DNA of 64,000 bases, taken from the NCBI GenBank assembly GCA_903856085.1, contig CAIOAT010000013.1, positions 103,430 through 167,429 of the forward strand. The letters are read 5' to 3'. Positions within the stretch are counted from its first letter, which is position 1. The number at the start of each line of letters is the position of its first letter. Below the pieces are notes generated by a model that had not been told where the DNA came from, made no database searches, and saw nothing but the letters and a program-made list of their open reading frames with translations. This DNA comes from Candidatus Omnitrophota bacterium (lineage in GTDB: Bacteria > Omnitrophota > Omnitrophia > Omnitrophales > Aquincolibacteriaceae). The position numbers were made by a program, and so were the translations under genes. Positions 20,957-30,906 of this stretch are shown one piece after another.

Positions 20957-22609
20957 TCACGGAACGTAGCTTTCATAAACCGGTTCATACATTTGGCTTT
21001 CAAGATAGGCTCGAAGATTCTCAGGCTTGGGTTGGGCCGCAAGTCCTTCACGGTAAGCAACCAAAGCGACGGCTTCCGCAATTGCGAGTGAAACCTTACG
21101 AACATCTTTGAGAGGCGGATAAATACGGCCTTTCCCAAGATCCTCTTCCGTTACTTTTTCGGCCAACGTTTTTGCGGCGACAAAGAACATCTCATCAGTC
21201 ACGTGCTGAACGCGACATGCTGTAACTCCCAAACCCACTCCCGGGAAAATATAAGCATTATTGCTCTGCCCCGGAGAAAACAGCTTCCCCTGGTAATCGA
21301 CCGGAGGGAACGGACTGCCACTTGCAAAAATAGCGCGCCCCTGGGTAAAGAAATAGGCTTGCTCTGCCGTGCATTCCGAGTGGCTTGTGGGATTCGACAT
21401 CGCGAAAACAATCGGCCTTTCGTTGATCCTGGCCATCGCCTCCAAAACCTCTTTCGTAAAAGTCCCTGGTCTTCCGGACGCGCCAAGGATCACGGTCGGC
21501 TTCACAAGCTCCACAGCGCTCAAACAATCGGATGCACCCGGCCCGTCCACCGCAAAAATCCGCTTTCGCTCATCCAGATCCGTGCGGCTCGACACCACAA
21601 GCCCTTTGGAATCCACGAACAAACACCGGCTGCGGGCTTCTTTTTCGGTAAGACCCTCTTTCATCATCGCGCCCACAACCAGACTCCCGGTCCCAAGCCC
21701 CGCTTCTCCCGCTCCCAAAAAGAGAATTTTCTGATCCTTCAAACTCCCTCCCCGGACCCTCACCGCAGAATAAAGCCCGGCCAACGCCACGCTCGCAGTT
21801 CCTTGGATATCATCATTGAACGTGCAAACACGACTGCGATATTTCTGAAGAAGATGGAAAGCATTCTCGTTGGCGAAATCCTCGAACTGGATTAGAACAT
21901 GCGGGAACACTTCGCGCGCTGCGGTCACAAACTCTTCAATAAGATCCTCATAGTCTTTCCCTCGCAAACGGGGACGCTGCATCCCGATATAAAGAGGATC
22001 TTTCAAACGCGCTTCATTATTGGTCCCAACATCCAGCGTCACCGGCAAACAATACTTCGGATGAACCCCGGCACAAGCCGTATAAAGCATGAGCTTCCCT
22101 ACGGGGATCCCCATGCCGTCCGCTCCAAGGTCCCCAAGCCCCAGGATCCTTTCCCCGTCAGTCACCACAATAATACGAACATCCTTCCGGGGCCAATCCT
22201 CAAGAACTTTCTTCATCCGCCCTTTGCATTGCGCTCCCAGGAACAAACCTTCATGACTGCTCCGGAGAATGCGCCCGTACTCCTGACACGCTTTCCCCAC
22301 GGTCGGCGTATACACGATCGGCATAATTTCCGCGAGATGATCGATGAGAAGACGGTAGAAAAGCGTTTTGTTGCGTTCCTGCAGCCCTGTCAAATAAATA
22401 TACTTTTCGAGATCCGAACTTTTGGCGCGAACATTGCTCATAGCACGTTCGACCTGATCTTCCAAGGAATCTACGCGAGCCGGAAGTAATCCCGCAAGCC
22501 CGAGGGCTTCCCTCTCCGCCTGGGTGAAAGCCGTCCCTTTATTCAGCAGGGGATCCCGCAACAGCTCTACACCTTTCGGAAGCTCGCTCATAATATTTTT
22601 CTTCTTCAT
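20957..22609 (-). CDS. maeA: NAD(P)-dependent malic enzyme (MaeA/SfcA type)
   Basis: NKGTAF, PIVYTPTVG, VTDGERILGLGDLG, FEDFA, FNDDIQGT, GAGEAG, SNPT. Confidence 0.95.
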   Translation of the reverse strand: MKKKNIMSELPKGVELLRDPLLNKGTAFTQAEREALGLAGLLPARVDSLEDQVERAMSNVRAKSSDLEKYIYLTGLQERNKTLFYRLLIDHLAEIMPIVYTPTVGKACQEYGRILRSSHEGLFLGAQCKGRMKKVLEDWPRKDVRIIVVTDGERILGLGDLGADGMGIPVGKLMLYTACAGVHPKYCLPVTLDVGTNNEARLKDPLYIGMQRPRLRGKDYEDLIEEFVTAAREVFPHVLIQFEDFANENAFHLLQKYRSRVCTFNDDIQGTASVALAGLYSAVRVRGGSLKDQKILFLGAGEAGLGTGSLVVGAMMKEGLTEKEARSRCLFVDSKGLVVSSRTDLDERKRIFAVDGPGASDCLSAVELVKPTVILGASGRPGTFTKEVLEAMARINERPIVFAMSNPTSHSECTAEQAYFFTQGRAIFASGSPFPPVDYQGKLFSPGQSNNAYIFPGVGLGVTACRVQHVTDEMFFVAAKTLAEKVTEEDLGKGRIYPPLKDVRKVSLAIAEAVALVAYREGLAAQPKPENLRAYLESQMYEPVYESYVP

Positions 22610-22682
22610 GAGAGTTAAGATCTCCTCTTCTGTTTTGCTGTCCCCCAACCGATCCTGTCAGGGAATTTTTCAGAACTTACAT

Positions 22683-22934
22683 TTAATAATTAAAAAGATC
22701 CCGATGCGCAAACTTTAGTTCGGGAAGTGCGTTATGGATCGCACTCAGAATCTTGGTTTTGGCCCTGGCGGTCAGACGCCTTCCCTTGCGCGCCTTTTGC
22801 ACCACCTTATGGGACAACTGATCGGTCGAAGCCATAACAAGCACATGGTTGGTAAGCCCGTGCTTTGTCATCAGAGTATCAAGCGGCTGCAGTCCGAAAT
22901 CGTTTTCATCTTTCATGTCTGGAGGAACGGTCAT
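22683..22934 (-). CDS. Small hypothetical protein, possibly HTH-like
   Basis: 83-aa basic ORF with AGGA SD; QLSHKVVQKARKGRRLT. Confidence 0.7.
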   Translation of the reverse strand: MTVPPDMKDENDFGLQPLDTLMTKHGLTNHVLVMASTDQLSHKVVQKARKGRRLTARAKTKILSAIHNALPELKFAHRDLFNY

Positions 22935-23012
22935 TGTTTAAAGTCCTGTTGTCATTAAGGTTGACCAGGAACGCCCCAATTTCAACTGCGTGAAATTGAT
23001 GGGTATTGGGAC
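22930..23012. repeat. Tandem modules (C + A, inverted) between rho and the 83-aa gene; contains that gene's ATG
   Basis: ...GGTTGACCAGGAA-C-GCCCCAATTTCAACTGCGTGAAATTGATGGGTATTGGGAC. Confidence 0.85.
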
Positions 23013-23014
23013 GA

Positions 23015-24028
23015 TCATGTCTGAAGCTTGCTAACAGCGGCGAGCAAGTCCTTTGTCGCGGGATATTTCTTGAGCTGTTCAATCAGCGCGCTGATCGCTT
23101 CAATAGGTTTAAGGCCGGCCAAGGCACGGCGTATCCGGCGCGCGGGTTCCAGCTCCTCAAGCGTAAAAAGAAGTTCTTCTTTGCGTGTTCCGCTTTTTGA
23201 TATATCCACAGCCGGATAAATGCGCTGGTTCGAAATTTCGCGGGATAGAAATATCTCCATATTGCCGGTCCCTTTAAACTCTTCGAAGATGAGCTGGTCC
23301 ATACGGCTTCCGGTGTCAACCAGAATCGTCGCGAGGATCGTAAGCGATCCTCCGTGCTCGATCTTGCGAGCAGATCCAAAAATTCGCCGCGGAACTTCCA
23401 TCGAACGCGCATCCACGCCTCCGGAAAGTGTCCGGCCGCTGGAACGTTGTTCTGCGTTATGCACACGAGCCAAGCGGGTCAGGGAATCAACCAGCACCAT
23501 GACGTTGGCACCTGCCGCTACCTCGCGATACACTTGCTGCATGAGCTCTCGGGCAGTCTGGATATGATGATCGTAAGGTTGATCGGAGGATGACCACCGG
23601 ACCTCGGCCGTCACACTGCGCCGGAAATCTGTGACTTCTTCAGGCCTTTCATCGATCAAAAGACAATAAAGCTTCATCTCCGGACGGCTTTTGGCGACGG
23701 CCTGGCAAAGATGCTTGAGGAAAGTTGTTTTTCCGGAACCCGGAGGAGCCACGATCAATCCGCGCTGCCCCATACCGATCGGCGCAATGAGATCCATGAC
23801 ACGCATCGTCAGCTCTTCCGAACCATTTTCAAGGCGGATACGCGGCGATGGATCGACGGCGGTGCTGGCAAAAAATTTCTGCTCGTCTTCAGCCACAACA
23901 CGTCGGGGTTCTTCATGCGGGGGTCTGTAAGTAGGACGGTGAGGATTGGGACCGCGGTTTGAGTAACGTTCTCCGCGGGATCTTTGAGGCCCACTCCCTG
24001 AACGTTCCCGGTGTTCAAAATTTCTCAT
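23015..24028 (-). CDS. rho: Transcription termination factor Rho, ATPase domain only (N-terminal RNA-binding domain missing)
   Basis: PIGMGQRGLIVAPPGSGKT, LLIDERPEEVTD, DSLTRLAR, SGRTLSGG, FEEFKGTGN, SGTRKEE; ATGA overlap with the ABC-F stop. Confidence 0.92.
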   Translation of the reverse strand: MRNFEHRERSGSGPQRSRGERYSNRGPNPHRPTYRPPHEEPRRVVAEDEQKFFASTAVDPSPRIRLENGSEELTMRVMDLIAPIGMGQRGLIVAPPGSGKTTFLKHLCQAVAKSRPEMKLYCLLIDERPEEVTDFRRSVTAEVRWSSSDQPYDHHIQTARELMQQVYREVAAGANVMVLVDSLTRLARVHNAEQRSSGRTLSGGVDARSMEVPRRIFGSARKIEHGGSLTILATILVDTGSRMDQLIFEEFKGTGNMEIFLSREISNQRIYPAVDISKSGTRKEELLFTLEELEPARRIRRALAGLKPIEAISALIEQLKKYPATKDLLAAVSKLQT

Positions 24029-25833
24029 GGTTGAAGTTTTCCCATTTTTCTTTCTAAAGAGCTCCACTCGGCCTCGGCAGCTTCAATCTGGATCTGCAGC
24101 TCCTTTAAGCGCACGTTGCGATCTTTGGAAAAATGGAGCGGGTTCTTCGCTATCTCTTCGAGAACTTTATTCCGTTCTTCGGTAAAATGCCGCGCACGCC
24201 CCTCGGCCTTTTCCATCCCCTTGCGAAGTTTTGAAAGCTCAGCTTTATGCTCATCCTTTTTAGGCTGCTGGACTTCAACATTGAGTCTGGAAGCAGCACT
24301 TTGGGAAGATGCAGACCCGCTATCCTCATCAGTATCTTCTTCCTCCCCTCGAGCCACCTGCTCCAGGTGATAAACATAATCCTCATAACTTCCGGGATAA
24401 TGGAGGATACGGCCTTTCTTCACTTCGAGAATGCTTGAGGCCAGAAGATTGACAAAGGTCCGATCATGGCTGATGAAAACCACAGTGCCGGAGAATGTCT
24501 TGAGCGCGCGCCCCAAAGCTTCCACAGTCTCGAAATCCAGATGGTTCGTCGGCTCGTCCAGAAGCAGGACATGGCTCTTTGAAAGAAGGATTCCCGCCAA
24601 AACGAGTCGCGCCCGCTCGCCGCCACTGAGAACCTTCACCTTCTTTTCGACATCATCCCCTTTAAAAAGAAAGCATCCGGCCATATTAAGCACATCCTGA
24701 CGGGTCACGCCATCCGAGCTCTCGCGCAAAAGATAAGTGTACACATCATCGTCCGGGTCAAGCACCGCAAAGACATGCTGGGCATAATAAGCGACTTTAA
24801 GCCCTGTTCCCCAGCGAAAGCTACCGCCTTTGGACACGAGATCTCCCGCCAGAGTCCTGAGGAATGTCGTCTTTCCTTCACCGTTATTGCCGAGCACCGC
24901 GACATGCTTTCCACGATCGATCTCAACCTGGATGCCGCGCGCAATATCTTTTTCCGGATAACCGATCACAAGATCTTCGCAGGTCACCGCGACCCCCGCT
25001 TTCGGCTCCACAGGTGGGATATGGATCTTGACCGTGCTCATCGGATGCGCGATTTCGATCGTCTTGAGTTTTGAGAGCTGTTTCATCTTTGACTGGGCGC
25101 GCGTCGCCGTGGAGGCCTTGGCCTTAAACCGGTCAATAAAAGTCTGCAGTTGTTCGCGCTTTTTGTCGAGCCCGCGATTGTAGGCCTGCTTTTGCGCGAG
25201 TTGTTCTTCCTTAAACTCGAAATATTCTTCGATATCCCCGGGGAAAAGAGCAAGTCCTCCGTGCTCAACCTCGAGAGTATGGTCGCAAGTCCGCTTCAGA
25301 AACTCCCGGTCGTGGGAAACCACCAGATATCCGCCTCTGAAATTAAGCAGAAAATTCTCCAGCAGGATCAACGTGCTTAGATCCAAATAATTGCTAGGTT
25401 CGTCAAGAATCAGGAAATTGGGATCACCCAGGAGCATCGCCGCAAGCTTCACGCGGGTCTGGAAACCTCCCGGAAGATTCCGCACAGATTCTTCGAGGAT
25501 CTCGTTTTTAAGCTGGAACCGCGCAGCGATCTGCCCGCATTCCCAATGCTCGCTCCGTGTGGTGCGCATCAAGAAATCCACCACCCGCTCGCCGGGCTTG
25601 AAGGTGTCATGCTGTTCGAGATAGGAAAGACGCAGCGCAGCATTACGCGTGATAGTACCGCTGTCGGCCGATTCGTGTCCGGTGATGATGCGGCAAAGCG
25701 TGGATTTCCCGGCACCGTTTCGACCGATCACGCCGATCTTTTGGTCATCACCAAAAGACGCCGTCGCGGCATCCAGGATCGTCACAGCGCCGTAGGCTTT
25801 ATGAAGCTCGTTAACTTGTAAAAGGACGGTCAT
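24025..25833 (-). CDS. ABC-F family ATP-binding protein (YheS/Uup-like)
   Basis: Two NBDs (GRNGAGKS, LDEPSN; GNNGEGKT, LSGGE, LDEPTNHLD) with linker and C-terminal coiled coil; no TM. Confidence 0.94.
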   Translation of the reverse strand: MTVLLQVNELHKAYGAVTILDAATASFGDDQKIGVIGRNGAGKSTLCRIITGHESADSGTITRNAALRLSYLEQHDTFKPGERVVDFLMRTTRSEHWECGQIAARFQLKNEILEESVRNLPGGFQTRVKLAAMLLGDPNFLILDEPSNYLDLSTLILLENFLLNFRGGYLVVSHDREFLKRTCDHTLEVEHGGLALFPGDIEEYFEFKEEQLAQKQAYNRGLDKKREQLQTFIDRFKAKASTATRAQSKMKQLSKLKTIEIAHPMSTVKIHIPPVEPKAGVAVTCEDLVIGYPEKDIARGIQVEIDRGKHVAVLGNNGEGKTTFLRTLAGDLVSKGGSFRWGTGLKVAYYAQHVFAVLDPDDDVYTYLLRESSDGVTRQDVLNMAGCFLFKGDDVEKKVKVLSGGERARLVLAGILLSKSHVLLLDEPTNHLDFETVEALGRALKTFSGTVVFISHDRTFVNLLASSILEVKKGRILHYPGSYEDYVYHLEQVARGEEEDTDEDSGSASSQSAASRLNVEVQQPKKDEHKAELSKLRKGMEKAEGRARHFTEERNKVLEEIAKNPLHFSKDRNVRLKELQIQIEAAEAEWSSLERKMGKLQP

Positions 25834-25950
25834 TGTCTAAAATTCTTTTCTATTACGGTTGGTAATAACCGCCCCAATCTCAGCATTGCTTCGATTGATG
25901 GGTAATGGGACGTTCATTGTTTAAGATTCTATTTTATGGGATCCATGTTA
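25829..25950. repeat. Trimer of modules (C-A-partial C, inverted) upstream of ABC-F; contains its ATG
   Basis: GTCATTGTCTAAAATTCTTTTCTATTACGGTTGGTAATAAC-C-GCCCCAATCTCAGCATTGCTTCGATTGATGGGTAATGGGAC-GTTCATTGTTTAAGATTCTATTTTA. Confidence 0.85.
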
Positions 25951-25973
25951 AATAAAGATGGAAAGACTACTGA

Positions 25974-27116
25974 TCACGCGCGCGAGACGATGATCTTTGC
26001 CACAGCATCCGGCGTGATGTCGCCGTGTTCTCCGAAAACCGAGTCCCTCTCCGCAAAACGTTCACGCACTTTGCGCGCGGCTTCCTTGGCGGAGATCTTA
26101 TAGTCGCCAAAGCGCGTCGGCATCGCAACGGAATGAAAAAACGCTTCGGTTTTCATAATGGCCTCTTTCGCGGTCTTGACGTTCCAGACACGTCGGCCGT
26201 ATTGTTCCAACTTTTTCTTTTTAGCGGTCAATTTGTACTGCCAAACCCCCGGCAGAACGACCGCCAAGGTCTCGGCGTGATCGAGTCCGTAAAAAGCGGT
26301 CAGCTCGTGGGCGATCATGTGAGTCGACCAATCTTGCGGCACGCCGCAACCGATCAAGGTGTTCAGCGCAAGCGTCGCGCTCCACATAAACGTCGCGCGG
26401 GCTTCATAATCCTTCGGTTTTTTCAAAGCTGTGGGCGCTACTTCGAGCAAAGTTTGAAGAAGCGATTCCGCCATCCGGTCCTGAAGCGGCGCATTCGCAG
26501 GATACGTCATGTACTGCTCCATAACATGCACAAAAGCGTCCACGATCCCATTGCGTATTTGCTTCGAAGGCAATGAAAAGGTTGTTTCGGGATCCAATAC
26601 GGAAAACTGCGGAAACACATAAGGCGAGAAGAAGTGAAGCTTTTCCTGGGTCGCCTTCCGGGAGATCACGGAGTTTCCGTTCGATTCGGAACCTGTCGCG
26701 GGAAGCGTCAGCACGGTCCCGAGCGGAAGCGCTGCTTTGACGTTGGTACCATGTTCCCGAAGAATCGACCATGGATCCTGGCCCGTGAAACACGCTGCGG
26801 CCGCGATGAATTTGGCAGCATCCAGGACCGAGCCTCCACCCACCGCGAGAATAAAACCAAGCTTCTCTTTTTTAACAATTTCAACGGCCTTGAGGCAGGT
26901 CTCATAGAGTGGATTCGATTCAATGCCGCCAAATTCGGTCATGCGATGACCCTTGAGGACAGCTCTTACCTGTTCATAAACGCCGTTCTTTTTGATCGAC
27001 CCACCGCCATAGAGAAAAAGCACGGAGAGATCCTTGGGAATTCGCCCCGCGATCTCGCGGATCATGCCCTTGCCGAAGAGAATCTCGGTGGGATTTTTAT
27101 AAACAAAATTCTGCAT
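25974..27116 (-). CDS. Iron-containing alcohol dehydrogenase (YqhD/butanol dehydrogenase-like)
   Basis: GGGSIKKNGVY, AVGGGSVLD, TLPATGSE, DWSTHMIAHE, DHAETLA. Confidence 0.94.
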   Translation of the reverse strand: MQNFVYKNPTEILFGKGMIREIAGRIPKDLSVLFLYGGGSIKKNGVYEQVRAVLKGHRMTEFGGIESNPLYETCLKAVEIVKKEKLGFILAVGGGSVLDAAKFIAAAACFTGQDPWSILREHGTNVKAALPLGTVLTLPATGSESNGNSVISRKATQEKLHFFSPYVFPQFSVLDPETTFSLPSKQIRNGIVDAFVHVMEQYMTYPANAPLQDRMAESLLQTLLEVAPTALKKPKDYEARATFMWSATLALNTLIGCGVPQDWSTHMIAHELTAFYGLDHAETLAVVLPGVWQYKLTAKKKKLEQYGRRVWNVKTAKEAIMKTEAFFHSVAMPTRFGDYKISAKEAARKVRERFAERDSVFGEHGDITPDAVAKIIVSRA

Positions 27117-27202
27117 TCATAACTCCTATGAAATCGATACAAACATCACGCGTTACCGGAGGGCTCGCTCAAGATCAGGCGCCGCAACAACCCGCTTGTT
27201 TA

Positions 27203-27361
27203 GCACCGTTTTCCATTTGATTTTGCGGGTTAACGGTACAATCCAATTCTTAGCAATCTCCGCAAACCGGAAATTGGGGCAGTCCTCGTCAACCCTTCAG
27301 GGAACAAACTCCAAGACGAGGGCAGCACTGCAAATGCGCAAAATCAATAATAACGCAGCGC
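27203..27361. repeat. Four-module mosaic array (inverted D, A, C, D) downstream of ahcY
   Basis: Hairpins at 27203-27239, 27241-27280, 27282-27323 and 27325-27361, each separated by one nt. Confidence 0.75.
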
Positions 27362-28800
27362 TAGTACTTGTAGTGCTCGGATTTGTAGGGACCGTCGAAA
27401 GGAACGTCAAGATACTCGGACTGCTTTTTCGTAAGCTTCGTAAGCCGGGCACCCAGTTTGTCCAAATGGAGCCGAGCCACTTCCTCATCGAGCTTCTTCT
27501 CAAGGCGATACACACCGGGCTTCTTGGGATTCATCACCAGATCGATCTGCGCGAGCGTCTGATTCGTAAAAGAATTCGACATCACGAAGCTCGGATGGCC
27601 TGTAGCACAACCCAGGTTCACAAGCCGGCCTTCGGCGAGCAGGATGATCGAGTGTCCATCCGGAAAAACATATTTATCGACTTGCGGCTTGATATTGATC
27701 CGCTTCACGCCCGGCCATTTCTGAAGTTGGACGACCTGGATCTCATTGTCAAAATGTCCGATGTTGCAGACGATGGACTCGTCCTTCATTTTAGACATGT
27801 GTTCGGCGGTAATGACATCGATATTGCCAGTCGTGGTCACGTAAATATCCCCAATATCAAGAACATCCTCGATGCGTGCAACCTGGAAACCGGCCATAGT
27901 CGCTTGAAGCGCGCAAATCGGATCGATTTCCGTCACAATGACGCGAGCCCCAAAACCATGCATGGCCTGAGCACTGCCTTTGCCAACATCCCCGTAACCC
28001 AATACCACGGCGACCTTGCCCGCGATCATCACATCCGTCGCGCGCTTGATGCCATCCGCCAAAGACTCGCGGCAGCCGTAAAGATTGTCGAATTTGGATT
28101 TGGTCACAGAATCGTTCACGTTTATGGCCGGAACCAAAAGTTTCCCCTGTTCCTGCATTTTGTAAAGCCGATGAACGCCGGTCGTCGTTTCCTCGGAAAC
28201 GCCTTCCCATTCTTTGACCACGCCGTGCCATTTCTTAGGCTCATCCTTCATGATCTTTTTGAGAAGTTTGAACAATTCAATCTCATCCTGCGTGTCAACC
28301 TTCTTATCGAGGATCTTGGGGTTCTTCTCCGCATCATAACCCAGATGGATCATGAGCGTTGCATCGCCGCCGTCATCCACGATAAGATTCGGCCCCTTGC
28401 CACCCGGAAAATTGAGCGCTTGAAGCGTGCACCACCAATATTCCTCCAGAGTCTCTCCTTTCCACGCGAAGACCGGAATGCCTTTGACAGCCAAAGCCGC
28501 CGCGGCATGATCTTGGGTGGAGAAAATATTACAGGAACACCAACGGACGTCCGCCCCGAGCTCAATCAAAGTCTCGATCAGAACCGCCGTCTGGATCGTC
28601 ATGTGAAGACTGCCCATGATCCGCTTGCCCTTGAGAGGTTTCTGGGGCCCGTACTTCTTGCGGGTCGCCATTAACCCTGGCATTTCTTTCTCGGCCATAT
28701 CGAGCTCTTTGCGACCCCAATCAGCAAGCGAAAGGTCCGCGACCTTGAAATCGCGTTTCAATTTAAGAGCAGGGACTGTCTTCTGAGCTTTTTTCTTCAT
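27361..28800 (-). CDS. ahcY: Adenosylhomocysteinase
   Basis: [62 protein letters not shown]. Confidence 0.98.
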   Translation of the reverse strand: MKKKAQKTVPALKLKRDFKVADLSLADWGRKELDMAEKEMPGLMATRKKYGPQKPLKGKRIMGSLHMTIQTAVLIETLIELGADVRWCSCNIFSTQDHAAAALAVKGIPVFAWKGETLEEYWWCTLQALNFPGGKGPNLIVDDGGDATLMIHLGYDAEKNPKILDKKVDTQDEIELFKLLKKIMKDEPKKWHGVVKEWEGVSEETTTGVHRLYKMQEQGKLLVPAINVNDSVTKSKFDNLYGCRESLADGIKRATDVMIAGKVAVVLGYGDVGKGSAQAMHGFGARVIVTEIDPICALQATMAGFQVARIEDVLDIGDIYVTTTGNIDVITAEHMSKMKDESIVCNIGHFDNEIQVVQLQKWPGVKRINIKPQVDKYVFPDGHSIILLAEGRLVNLGCATGHPSFVMSNSFTNQTLAQIDLVMNPKKPGVYRLEKKLDEEVARLHLDKLGARLTKLTKKQSEYLDVPFDGPYKSEHYKY

Positions 28801-28920
28801 GTTCTAAAATTTCTTTCTGTAAGGTTGACCATGCCCGCCCAATTCTCCGCCTTCTTTTGATTCACGGTGAATTGGACGGTCATGCTTACCCGTTGATTTG
28901 GAATTGAATAGTATGGTGAC
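28796..28920. repeat. Three-module array between metK and ahcY; contains the ahcY ATG
   Basis: 28796-28835 (C, inverted), 28837-28877 (GCCCAATT...AATTGGAC), 28879-28920 (GTCA...TGAC). Confidence 0.75.
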
Positions 28921-28946
28921 CGCCGCGGCCTTTTTCTTTTCTTAAA

Positions 28947-30134
28947 TTAAGCTGCGCAAGTCACTTTGCTGCAACCGCAGTTGTCTTTGAGTTTCAACGC
29001 CTTCCGGAGTTGATCGACCGCGTCTGTTTTTTCCCACGTAAAGCCGGCTTCCGTACGGCCAAAGTGCCCGTACGCGGCGGTTTTATTGTATATGGGACGA
29101 CGAAGATCGAGCGTTGCGATGATCCCCTTTGGCGTGAAATCAAACACTTTGCGGACCGCTTCGACGATCGCTTCGTCATCGATCTTGCTGGTCCCGAACG
29201 TATCCACTCGTATCGACACAGGTTCCGCCACGCCGATCGCGTAGGAGACCTGGATCTCGCAACGTTTGGCAATGCCGGCTGCAACGATATTCTTTGCGAC
29301 GTAACGGGCAAAATACGCGGCCGAGCGATCCACCTTGGAAGGATCCTTCCCGCTAAACGCACCACCCCCGTGACGGCCCATGCCACCATAAGTGTCCACG
29401 ATGATCTTGCGACCCGTAAGACCTGTGTCTCCGTGCGGTCCACCTACCTCGAAACGTCCGGTCGGATTGATGAAGATCTTGGTGTTCTTATCCATCAAGT
29501 TAGCCGGAATGACCTTCTTGATGACTTTCTCGATCAGATCCTTGGTGATCGTCGGAAGCGTCACATCCCCGTCATGTTGGGAGCTCAGCACCACGGCGTC
29601 TACACGCACCGGCACATCACCATCATATTCCACCGTAACCTGGCTCTTTGAATCCGGCCGGAGATACGTGATCTTGCCGCTTTTACGAACCGCGGTCAAA
29701 TAGCGAACGAGTTTTTGAGCGAGCATGATCGGAAGCGGCATAAGTTCTTTCGTCTCATTCGACGCAAAACCGAACATCATGCCCTGGTCTCCGGCGCCGC
29801 CTGTATCAACACCCATCGCGATATCGGGAGACTGGGTATGGAGTGCAATATCAACCCGGCAAGTCTTGTAATCGAAACCGATCGAGGGGTCCACATAGCC
29901 GATCTTACGGATGACCTCGCGAGCAACCTTTTCGGCATTAACTTTGGTCTTGCTCGTAATCTCTCCGGCGATGGTCAAGCGGTCCGTCGTGGCCAGGCAT
30001 TCGCAGGCCACGCGCGACGCGGGATCGCCCGCGAGATAAGCATCAAGAATGGCATCAGAAACCTGGTCGCAGACCTTGTCCGGATGCCCTTCAGAAACGG
30101 ATTCAGAAGTGAAGAAATAATGCCCTTTTTTCAT
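28947..30134 (-). CDS. metK: S-adenosylmethionine synthase
   Basis: [51 protein letters not shown]; start at MKKGHY. Confidence 0.98.
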   Translation of the reverse strand: MKKGHYFFTSESVSEGHPDKVCDQVSDAILDAYLAGDPASRVACECLATTDRLTIAGEITSKTKVNAEKVAREVIRKIGYVDPSIGFDYKTCRVDIALHTQSPDIAMGVDTGGAGDQGMMFGFASNETKELMPLPIMLAQKLVRYLTAVRKSGKITYLRPDSKSQVTVEYDGDVPVRVDAVVLSSQHDGDVTLPTITKDLIEKVIKKVIPANLMDKNTKIFINPTGRFEVGGPHGDTGLTGRKIIVDTYGGMGRHGGGAFSGKDPSKVDRSAAYFARYVAKNIVAAGIAKRCEIQVSYAIGVAEPVSIRVDTFGTSKIDDEAIVEAVRKVFDFTPKGIIATLDLRRPIYNKTAAYGHFGRTEAGFTWEKTDAVDQLRKALKLKDNCGCSKVTCAA

Positions 30135-30141
30135 AGTGGTG

Positions 30142-30906
30142 TTACTCCTTTGGATTTTTTGGGGTGTTAACGATGGCGTTGGCTTTCTGATAAGAGGCAA
30201 GGTCGCCGATATCCAACCATTTTCCCTTAAGAGAAAAAGCAAAGAGGCCCGCTGTTTCAGCCAGCCAACGCATATAATGGCCGGGTTGGTCGGTATTATG
30301 GCCGCTTGTGATATACCTGTCAAGCAGGCTCCAGGTCTCCTTGGGGAGCCAATAGATGCCACTGGAGGCAAGCGTAGTAGTCGGTTGGGGCGGTTTTTCC
30401 TGAAATTCCAGGATCTTCCCTCCGGCATCGGTCCTGACCAACCCATAACGCTTGGCGAGTTCCTTATCCCCGACATCGTAGACCGCAATAATGCCGTGCG
30501 GCCTTTTCTTTTTCCCGAAATCAACAAACGATGCCAGATCAAAATCGAAGAAATTGTCTCCCGCGATCACTAAAAGATCACAAGGATCGACCTTCTCCGT
30601 CTTGATCACGTACGCCAGATCTCCGATAGCTCCAAGACGGTTCTCGTTACTCGTGGTGTGATCATTCACGACCTTGACCGGCCAGGGGTATTTTACTTTT
30701 GCAGCCCATGATTCGAAATGCCCCGCGAATTTCTGATTGCTCACCAAATAAACGACCTCTACCCCTTGGACTTTTTCGACGCGTTCCAGAATCCACTCCA
30801 AAATAGGCTTATTCCCCACCGGAAGCAGGGGTTTCGGAAGATTTTCGGTGAGAGGATAAAGACGCGTCGCGTATCCCGCGCAGAGAATGATGACTTTTAA
30901 GCCCAT
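30142..30906 (-). CDS. Sugar-phosphate nucleotidyltransferase (NTP_transferase family)
   Basis: [35 protein letters not shown]. Confidence 0.92.
   Translation of the reverse strand: MGLKVIILCAGYATRLYPLTENLPKPLLPVGNKPILEWILERVEKVQGVEVVYLVSNQKFAGHFESWAAKVKYPWPVKVVNDHTTSNENRLGAIGDLAYVIKTEKVDPCDLLVIAGDNFFDFDLASFVDFGKKKRPHGIIAVYDVGDKELAKRYGLVRTDAGGKILEFQEKPPQPTTTLASSGIYWLPKETWSLLDRYITSGHNTDQPGHYMRWLAETAGLFAFSLKGKWLDIGDLASYQKANAIVNTPKNPKE

Noticed and set aside
27150-27200. SAH riboswitch-like words (CCGGAGGGC...CAGGC...CAAC)
   Set aside because: The segment is downstream of and antisense to ahcY, and the pairing is incomplete.
27203-27361. CRISPR mini-array
   Set aside because: No identical 25-40 bp direct repeats, the 'spacers' recur elsewhere as families, and there are no cas genes.
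27196-28674. Long antisense ORFs (492 aa here; also 3380-4525, 49738-51297, 60780-61823, 62114-63193)
   Set aside because: Shadows of well-supported genes on the opposite strand, with no motifs of their own.
28801-28946. SAM/SAH riboswitch between metK and ahcY
   Set aside because: No consensus core; the hairpins are explained by three repeat modules.
30135-30542. N-terminal extension of MetK in the ORF track (similarly for rfaE1, topA, xerC, nuoI, rho)
   Set aside because: These extensions overlap upstream genes or promoters; downstream starts fit family length and SD/overlap evidence.
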